Shown here: positions 57,607-64,000 of the stretch, one piece after another
Position numbering within the stretch: the first letter of the stretch is position 1
Layout: each line of letters opens with the position of its first letter
NCBI GenBank assembly: GCA_038147295.1
Contig: JAYQTH010000001.1
Coordinates: 1,010-65,009 of the forward strand
Reading direction: 5' to 3'
Length of the DNA stretch: 64,000 nt
Source of the DNA: Gammaproteobacteria bacterium
Lineage (GTDB): Bacteria > Pseudomonadota > Gammaproteobacteria > Magnimaribacterales > TMED112
Program-made: the position numbers and the translations under genes
The notes under the pieces: generated by a model
The model's database searches: none
Told to the model about the DNA's origin: nothing
The model's input: the letters and a program-made list of their open reading frames with translations, nothing else

Positions 57607-57652
57607 GATTTCCCCCAACTATTTGGCAACATTAAAGTTATAACTTAAATAC

Positions 57653-57687
57653 TATAAATAGTACTTATAATATACACCTGCTGTATA
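57653..57687. promoter_or_regulatory. Two tandem LysR-type boxes in the divergent promoter
   Basis: TATAA-N7-TTATA (57653-57669) and TATAC-N7-GTATA (57671-57687), both T-N11-A. Confidence 0.6.
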
Positions 57688-57699
57688 ATTATTTCAAAA

Positions 57700-58602
57700 A
57701 TGAAACTTAATAACCTTGATTTAAACTTGCTTGTTGTATTTAATGCCATATACACAGAGGGCAGCTTAACAAAAGCAGGAGAAATTGTAGGCATTACACA
57801 GCCTGCTGTAAGCAGCGCCTTGGCAAAATTACGTGATTATTTTGACGATCAGTTGTTCATTCGCGTTGGTCAAGGAGTTAAGCCAACTGCAAAGACTGAG
57901 AACATCATTATCCACGTTCGAGATGCTCTTTCTATACTACAAAAAAGTTTAGAAAAGCCGGAATCTTTTGATCCAGCAACTTCAAGTCGCACATTTAGAT
58001 TGGCACTTAATGACGTCACCGAAGGTAGAATCTTACCAATTCTGATGACAAAAATTCATCAGAGTGCCCCAAACGTTAAAATTTCAAGCTATTACACCAA
58101 TAGAGACAATATGCATCACGCTCTAGCAGCCAATGAAATTAATTTCATTGTTGACCCATTCCCGCCAAGGGAAACAGACATCACGAAAGAGTTAATTTTT
58201 GAAGATGAGTTTGTTTGCGGCTTTAGAAAGGATCATCCACTTGCTTCCGAAAAGGAGCTAACAATTGATCAATTTCTGGAGCTCGATCATATTCATATCT
58301 CAGGCAGGAGAACTGGTGGGGCCTTGGTTGATAATGCTCTATCAAAAATGCAGTTGGAAAGAAAAGTCACCCTGCGAGCCCAACATTTTTTAGTAACACC
58401 AGAGATCTTAAAAAATACCGATATGGTCTTAACTTGTACAAAGGTTTTCGCTAAAAAACACAAGCTTGGATTTAAGGTTTTGCCTTTTGAAGTAGCACCA
58501 TCTCAATTCTTTTTGGCATGGCACGAAACCAACGATAACGACCCTGGACATATTTGGTTAAAAGACCTTATTAAGCAAGCTTTCAAAGAAGCCAAGCTTT
58601 AA
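57700..58602 (+). CDS. LysR-family transcriptional regulator
   Basis: LDLNLLVVF...S.TKA....ITQPAVS.AL..LR....D.LF.R; 300 aa. Confidence 0.95.
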   Translation: MKLNNLDLNLLVVFNAIYTEGSLTKAGEIVGITQPAVSSALAKLRDYFDDQLFIRVGQGVKPTAKTENIIIHVRDALSILQKSLEKPESFDPATSSRTFRLALNDVTEGRILPILMTKIHQSAPNVKISSYYTNRDNMHHALAANEINFIVDPFPPRETDITKELIFEDEFVCGFRKDHPLASEKELTIDQFLELDHIHISGRRTGGALVDNALSKMQLERKVTLRAQHFLVTPEILKNTDMVLTCTKVFAKKHKLGFKVLPFEVAPSQFFLAWHETNDNDPGHIWLKDLIKQAFKEAKL

Positions 58603-58668
58603 TTTATTCTATCCATTCTAGCTATATTTTTCTTTTTAAATGTTTAAAATATCAAGCACGGAAATATC

Positions 58669-61600
58669 ATGGGCTTTTTCAATAAACTTAAAGAACTAAA
58701 GTACAGAGAAGAGATTGGTCTGGTTGAAGAGCTGATTCAAAATAATGCATGGATCAATGAGTCAAACATTGAAAAAAATGCTGCGCAAATTGTTCAGAAC
58801 TGCAGAGACGATAGAAAAAAAACAAGGTTGGACAACTTTTTTTTAGAGTATGGTCTCAGCAATCAAGAGGGAGTAGCTCTAATGTGTCTCGCAGAATCTC
58901 TTTTGCGTATTCCTGATAACCAGACTTGCGATGAAATCATCGAAGAAAAAATTGGTGGAAAAAAATGGCTTGAGCACCTAAATAGCTCTCCCTCAATTTT
59001 TGTTAATGCAACAACTTTCGGATTATTTCTAGCTGAACAAGTAGTTGAGCTTGATAAGACAATCACTGGCAACCCTCTTTCATGGTTGAGTGGTGTGACT
59101 TCTAGAATTGGAGATCCTGTTTTAAGAGAAGCCATTAAAAAAGGGATGGAAATCTTAAGTGAGGAGTTTGTTTCAGGAATCGATATCGATGATGCTCTCA
59201 GAAAATTTAATTCACCTAAGCTGCCGTGTTCTTTTGATATGTTGGGTGAAGCTGCGCGAACGCAAGGCGACGTTGATTTCTTTTTTGATGCATATGAAAA
59301 AGCAATAAAAAAAGTCGGTGAAAAAAATGCTCAACTAACAAACTCATTCCACGAAATCTCAATAAAGCTATCGGCAATACATCCAAGATACGAGGCGGTT
59401 AAAGAAACAAGAGTTTTAAATGAGCTCTACGATCGGGTGCTTGAATTGTCTAAGCAAGCTGCCGTCCAAGAAATAGCTCTGACTATAGACGCTGAGGAAC
59501 AGGATAGACTAGAGTTAAGCCTCAAATTAATTGAAAAATTGGCACAAGAAAAAAGCCTTACAGATTGGAGTGGACTAGGTTTAGCAATCCAAGCTTACGG
59601 GAAAAGATCATCGGAGGTTGTTAATTTGATTGATGAACTAGGAAGCAATAGAAATGGCATGATGATGAGGCTAGTCAAAGGAGCATATTGGGATCAGGAA
59701 ATTAAGATTCATCAGACAAAAGGTGCTCCAGATCTTCCGGTGTTTACCTCAAAATCATTTACTGATTTAAACTATTTGCATACTGCTAGACTTATTGCCA
59801 ACTCAAAGAATCTAAGACCATATTTTGCAACCCATAATGCCCACACCATAGCAGCAATAATGGAGCTTTATAAGGGTAGAGTTAATGACTTTGAATTCCA
59901 AAGAATTTATGGGATGGGGGATCTAACTTATCGCAATGCAGAAAAGATTTATGATAGTTTTCCTGTTACAAGGATTTATGCTCCTGTTGGGTCCAAGAAA
60001 GAGTTGCTGCCTTATTTGGTAAGAAGATTGCTTGAGAATGGTGCAAATAGCTCTTTTGTTAATAAGTATTTATCAAAAGACATTCCTGTTTCCGATGTAG
60101 TGAAAAACCCTATTTCGATTGCCGAGGAGAATCTTGAGAATAAAAACTTTTTATTAAATGTAAGAAGACCTGATCAAATCTTTGATGATAGAGCAAATTC
60201 CAAGGGCTTTGATTTTGGTGACCTAGCTGACATCAGTGATTTAAAATTAGGTATGAAAGAATTTGAAAAAGAAACCTTCCATGCTTCGTCCATCGTTAAT
60301 GGCGTCCTTCATGAAGGTAAAAAAGTAGGCAGATTTGCTCCATTTAATCCCAACAAAAAAATTGGAGAAGTAACATACGCCGACCAACAAATAATATCTG
60401 ATTTAAAAACTTTAAAACCATCAAAAGAATGGTCTGAAATACCACTTGCAGAAAGAAAAAGAGTGTTAGATTTAGTGGCTCAAGCTCTGTCAAAAAATGA
60501 AACAAAGCTTTTTTATCTCTTAGCAAATGAAGCAGGAAAAACTCTGAAAGATTGTGACGCCGAAGTTCGAGAGGCAATAGACTTTATCAATTACTATTCT
60601 CTACAGAGTGAAAATTTATTTAAGGCGTTGAAGCTACCAGGCCCTACTGGGGAAAATAATTTCTTAGAGCATGCTCCAAAAGGAAATTTCTTGTGTGTGA
60701 GTCCCTGGAATTTTCCTTTAGCAATTTTTGTGGGTCAGATTTCAGCAGCACTGATAACAGGAAACAATGTTATTGCCAAACCAGCAGAGGATACTTCTTT
60801 AATTGCTTACGAAGTTGTAAAAATGTTCTATGAGGCGGGAGTGCCTCAATCTGCTCTACATCTTGTTATTGCAGAAAAAGATATCAGCAATGAATTGACT
60901 AAGCTAGAGTGGCTTGATGGAGTTGCTTTTACAGGGTCTAGCGCTGCAGCCAAACAGATCAACCTTAACTTAGCTAATCTGGACGGCCCTATCAGAACAT
61001 TGATTGCTGAAACAGGTGGTCAAAATGTCATGTTTGTTGACTCTTCAGCCCTTAAAGAACAAGTAATAGACGACATCGTGAGATCGTCTTTCTTAAGTGC
61101 AGGCCAAAGGTGCAGTGCTCTTAGAGCTGTATATGTTCAGGAAGAGGTTGCAGATGAATACTGGGATTATTTATCAGAAGCTATGAATGAACTTGCTATT
61201 GGTGATCCCAATCTAGCTGAGACTGATATAGGCCCAATTATTAATGAAGTGTCTTTGAAAAAATTATTGGATCATAAAGCTAGGATGGAGAAAGAAAATA
61301 AGGTGATGGTTGAAGTAACAAACAAAGTTCCAGATCAGGGATATTTTTTCAATCCAACAGCTATACAAATTGATGCAATCAGAGAAATAGACGGTGAGAA
61401 GTTTGGGCCCATTCTTCACTTTATCCGTTATTCGGCATCTGATCTGGATCGAATCTTGGATGAAGTAAATGAGACAGGATACGGTTTAACTATGGGTGCA
61501 CACACTAGAATACTGGAAAAAGCTCGCAAGATATTTGAAAAAGGAAACGTTGGGAATTTTTACTTAAACAGAGATATTGTTGGTGCAGTTGTGGGTGTTC

Positions 61601-61749
61601 AACCTTTTGGTGGTCAGGGTCTTAGTGGTACTGGGCCAAAAGCAGGCGGTCCGGATTACTTAAAGAGTTTTGTAAATGAAAAAACATTTACAGATAATGT
61701 GATGGCAACTGGTGGTAATATAGATTTATTAAATAAAAATAATGAGTAA
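58669..61749 (+). CDS. putA: Bifunctional proline dehydrogenase/P5C dehydrogenase
   Basis: SFDMLGE, RLVKGAYWD, ATHNA, YLVRRLLENGANSSF, ETGGQN, SAGQRCSA. Confidence 0.96.
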   Translation: MGFFNKLKELKYREEIGLVEELIQNNAWINESNIEKNAAQIVQNCRDDRKKTRLDNFFLEYGLSNQEGVALMCLAESLLRIPDNQTCDEIIEEKIGGKKWLEHLNSSPSIFVNATTFGLFLAEQVVELDKTITGNPLSWLSGVTSRIGDPVLREAIKKGMEILSEEFVSGIDIDDALRKFNSPKLPCSFDMLGEAARTQGDVDFFFDAYEKAIKKVGEKNAQLTNSFHEISIKLSAIHPRYEAVKETRVLNELYDRVLELSKQAAVQEIALTIDAEEQDRLELSLKLIEKLAQEKSLTDWSGLGLAIQAYGKRSSEVVNLIDELGSNRNGMMMRLVKGAYWDQEIKIHQTKGAPDLPVFTSKSFTDLNYLHTARLIANSKNLRPYFATHNAHTIAAIMELYKGRVNDFEFQRIYGMGDLTYRNAEKIYDSFPVTRIYAPVGSKKELLPYLVRRLLENGANSSFVNKYLSKDIPVSDVVKNPISIAEENLENKNFLLNVRRPDQIFDDRANSKGFDFGDLADISDLKLGMKEFEKETFHASSIVNGVLHEGKKVGRFAPFNPNKKIGEVTYADQQIISDLKTLKPSKEWSEIPLAERKRVLDLVAQALSKNETKLFYLLANEAGKTLKDCDAEVREAIDFINYYSLQSENLFKALKLPGPTGENNFLEHAPKGNFLCVSPWNFPLAIFVGQISAALITGNNVIAKPAEDTSLIAYEVVKMFYEAGVPQSALHLVIAEKDISNELTKLEWLDGVAFTGSSAAAKQINLNLANLDGPIRTLIAETGGQNVMFVDSSALKEQVIDDIVRSSFLSAGQRCSALRAVYVQEEVADEYWDYLSEAMNELAIGDPNLAETDIGPIINEVSLKKLLDHKARMEKENKVMVEVTNKVPDQGYFFNPTAIQIDAIREIDGEKFGPILHFIRYSASDLDRILDEVNETGYGLTMGAHTRILEKARKIFEKGNVGNFYLNRDIVGAVVGVQPFGGQGLSGTGPKAGGPDYLKSFVNEKTFTDNVMATGGNIDLLNKNNE

Positions 61750-61751
61750 AT

Positions 61752-62135
61752 ATGAATAAGGTTTTTTTATTTTTAACTGCTTTGGTTTACCTCTATCTTG
61801 GGGGGTGGGCCTTGTTTTTTCCCGCTGGCTTTGTTGATTCGGTAGGTTTGGCTATAACTACCAATGTTGGCAGCGGCGAAGTTAGATCCTTGTATGGCGG
61901 CATCAATTTTCTAATTGGGTTGTTTTCATTGCTTGCACTAGTTAAAAATAAATATGAGTCATCTTTCTTCAAGATTCTTTTATTTGTTATTACTGGAATT
62001 CTACTGGGCCGAATTGTTACATTCATTTATGGGGAATTTGATTCGGTATTTTTATTGTATTTTACCGTCTTTGAATTGGTTTATTTTGTATTCTTAGCTA
62101 CAGCTTTGAGAAAGCAGGAAAGGAAAATATTTTAA
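61752..62135 (+). CDS. DUF4345-like membrane protein
   Basis: EVRSLYGG and LLGR motifs; four TM. Confidence 0.7.
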   Translation: MNKVFLFLTALVYLYLGGWALFFPAGFVDSVGLAITTNVGSGEVRSLYGGINFLIGLFSLLALVKNKYESSFFKILLFVITGILLGRIVTFIYGEFDSVFLLYFTVFELVYFVFLATALRKQERKIF

Positions 62136-62398
62136 TGCCTGAAGGACTAGTTTTTGGCTTGGTTGATAATGGCATTCTAGCATTCACAACCCTATTGGGC
62201 ATAGACATTGATAAATATTTCAAAGGGTCAGGGGTACACGGAGCAATTTATGGTGCTCTCATTGGAAATAGTATATCTGACTTTCTAGGAGCAATTTTAG
62301 ATCCAAACTTCCCTTTGATGACAGCAATCAATATAACCATAGGATGTTTGGCTGTAGTGCCGTTAGTTTGGTTAATTCTTCTGCTTAGGAAAGGCTAG
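62135..62398 (+). CDS. Small three-TM protein with TMEM65/VIT-like FG..DN / GN..SD motifs
   Basis: FGLVDNG and GALIGNSISDFLG; TAATG coupling to the upstream gene. Confidence 0.6.
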   Translation: MPEGLVFGLVDNGILAFTTLLGIDIDKYFKGSGVHGAIYGALIGNSISDFLGAILDPNFPLMTAINITIGCLAVVPLVWLILLLRKG

Positions 62399-62807
62399 AC
62401 TTAAAGCTTACAAATACATCTTTCAAGTGTGCTAGCTCATAACCAGCATTGCTTGCTTCGCTGATTATATCAACGACTTCTTTTGTGTAACAGCTAGCAA
62501 AGGCCCATAGAGTTATTGATCTTGTACCTGTACGACAATAGGCAAATACTTTTTTATTAGTATCTAAAATGTCTTTGGTTCTTTTTATGGTTTCGAAATT
62601 AATATCTCCAGGAACCATTTCAAGATCTATAAACTCTAAACTCTTTTTTTGACACTCATTGGATATTTCAATTTTAGATGGCTGATTGGGCTCTTCACCA
62701 TCAGGTCTATTGCAAACAACGATATCAAATTCGTCTTTTGATAAGCCATCAATGTTCGATGGCTCTATTTGAGGAGATACATAAAAATTCTCAGAAACTT
62801 TTTTCAT
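62385..62807 (-). CDS. TIGR01244/DUF442 sulfurtransferase-like (Blh-type) protein
   Basis: VSPQI, CNRPDGEE..QP, YCRTGTRS. Confidence 0.88.
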   Translation of the reverse strand: MKKVSENFYVSPQIEPSNIDGLSKDEFDIVVCNRPDGEEPNQPSKIEISNECQKKSLEFIDLEMVPGDINFETIKRTKDILDTNKKVFAYCRTGTRSITLWAFASCYTKEVVDIISEASNAGYELAHLKDVFVSFKSSLS

Positions 62808-64000
62808 CAATCCTTACCAAAAACTGTTTAAAGGCTTCTTCTCTTACAGGGCCGTAACCTTTGACAGCTTCTGAGCAATCTAGAAGCCTATTTAGCTTTG
62901 TTGTCTTTTGCCCTGCAGTTAATGAGCTAAGTTCAGCCAACCTGTTAAAGAAGATATCTTTATGCTGAAGGTCTCTCTTTCTATCGCCACTCATCCTTAG
63001 AGGATCTAAAGCTGTGCCTCTTAGGAACTTAAGTTTGGCCAAAATGTGGAATAAAGGCATAGCAATGAAACCAGGTACTCTATATTTTTTTGGTCTCCCC
63101 GTTCTTTGGTCTTTAATGAAAGATAAGAATGGTGGTGATAAATAAAAACTTAAATTGGACCAGGAGTTGAATTGATTGTCCAATACATGTTTTGAAGTTT
63201 CAATGTGCATTCTTGCAACCTCATATTCGTCCTTAATTGCACAAACTCTGTAGGCTTCTTTGATGGCTCTTCTAAAAGAAGCATCGGGTTCGAGCTCTGT
63301 TTCTAAGACTTTTCTCAAGTTCTTCATATGCATAGAAAACTCCTGACAAACTTTTGGATCGTATTTCATCAGTCGATCTTCCCTGTCGGCTAAGACTTCT
63401 TCATTAGACAACTTTTCACCCGTGTCTTTTTGCAAGAACTTAAAGATTTCATTTTTTGGGTTAGCGATATAAGCTCTGCCAAGTCTAAAGCTATATATAT
63501 TGCTTTCGATACTAATTTTATTTAACTCTATTGCTGCAATAATGCTTTCCTCCTTCAATGGAATTAAACCCATTTGAAAAGCAGCTCCCAGCATAATCAT
63601 ATTGCCGCCAATCGCATCTCCTGTAAGCTTTTCAGCCATTTCAACCGCTGGCACACCTTCAATACTGTTGGTAGTTTTTTCTATCAAATCAAAAACTTCA
63701 GAAGATTTAAAATCAATATCTCTATTGGTGACGAAGTCTGCCACTGGAATGGTGTTGGTGTTTACTAAGGAGTTGGTTCTTTTATCCGATAGCACCTCTT
63801 GTATTTCAGGCTTAGTGCCAACAACTGCATCGCAAGCTAGCAGCAAGTTTGCAGAAGCGGGCGATATTTTGTGACTAAATGGTTTATTGTCTTTTTCATA
63901 CACCTTAATGTGTGACCAGACCGCACCACCTTTTTGTGCAAGACCTGTCATATCTAAGATACTAGAATCTTTACCTTCAATGTGCGAGGCCATGCCAACT
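62791..64000 (-). CDS. Indolepyruvate:ferredoxin oxidoreductase-family fused protein, C-terminal part (starts beyond the window)
   Basis: GLAQKGGAV.SH, N..MLG.A.Q.GLIP, KDEYEVAR, KGYGPV. Confidence 0.9.
   Translation of the reverse strand, partial: VGMASHIEGKDSSILDMTGLAQKGGAVWSHIKVYEKDNKPFSHKISPASANLLLACDAVVGTKPEIQEVLSDKRTNSLVNTNTIPVADFVTNRDIDFKSSEVFDLIEKTTNSIEGVPAVEMAEKLTGDAIGGNMIMLGAAFQMGLIPLKEESIIAAIELNKISIESNIYSFRLGRAYIANPKNEIFKFLQKDTGEKLSNEEVLADREDRLMKYDPKVCQEFSMHMKNLRKVLETELEPDASFRRAIKEAYRVCAIKDEYEVARMHIETSKHVLDNQFNSWSNLSFYLSPPFLSFIKDQRTGRPKKYRVPGFIAMPLFHILAKLKFLRGTALDPLRMSGDRKRDLQHKDIFFNRLAELSSLTAGQKTTKLNRLLDCSEAVKGYGPVREEAFKQFLVRIDEKSF

Noticed and set aside
1-64000. CRISPR arrays, prophage, IS elements, defence systems, rRNA, tmRNA
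   Set aside because: No spaced repeats, recombinase, transposase, phage or nuclease-effector ORFs recognised, and almost no unexplained intergenic space; found by eye only, so short repeats could be missed

Overview
AT-rich, very gene-dense 64-kb segment of a streamlined marine gammaproteobacterial chromosome. SAR86-like affinity is inferred from the stand-alone proteorhodopsin, tiny or negative intergenic spacers, lipid and glucan catabolic genes and the gammaproteobacterial hda/purMN synteny. It holds about 58 CDS and 6 tRNAs. Housekeeping genes include clpP, folD, gpsA, xseA, sppA, hda, purMN, dcd, recR, dnaX, recX, birA and putA. Accessory content includes a blue-type (Gln105) proteorhodopsin, a lipid A/surface-modification cluster (ArnT-like, two PAP2, GT2), a ScsB/DsbD-redoxin pair, an Atu-like carboxylase cluster, a beta-1,3-glucan locus (two GH17, sugar MFS, GH-A TIM barrel, GH149 phosphorylase) and a LysR-divergent acyl-CoA dehydrogenase operon. 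I saw no integrase, transposase, prophage, CRISPR array or rRNA. The best leads are: two TMEM164/YwaF-like Cys-His membrane enzymes sandwiching a GMC oxidoreductase; a lipoprotein with a PDZ domain apparently inserted into a SnoaL/NTF2 fold; an A9G slippery site in dnaX with immediate stops in both shifted frames; a minimal TMEM65-like protein; a 47-aa DUF2256 gene missed by the ORF track; tRNA genes that abut each other or head protein-coding operons; and a ROSE-like thermometer plus a 9-9-9 palindrome at ibpA. All family calls come from motif recognition by eye, not from database searches.
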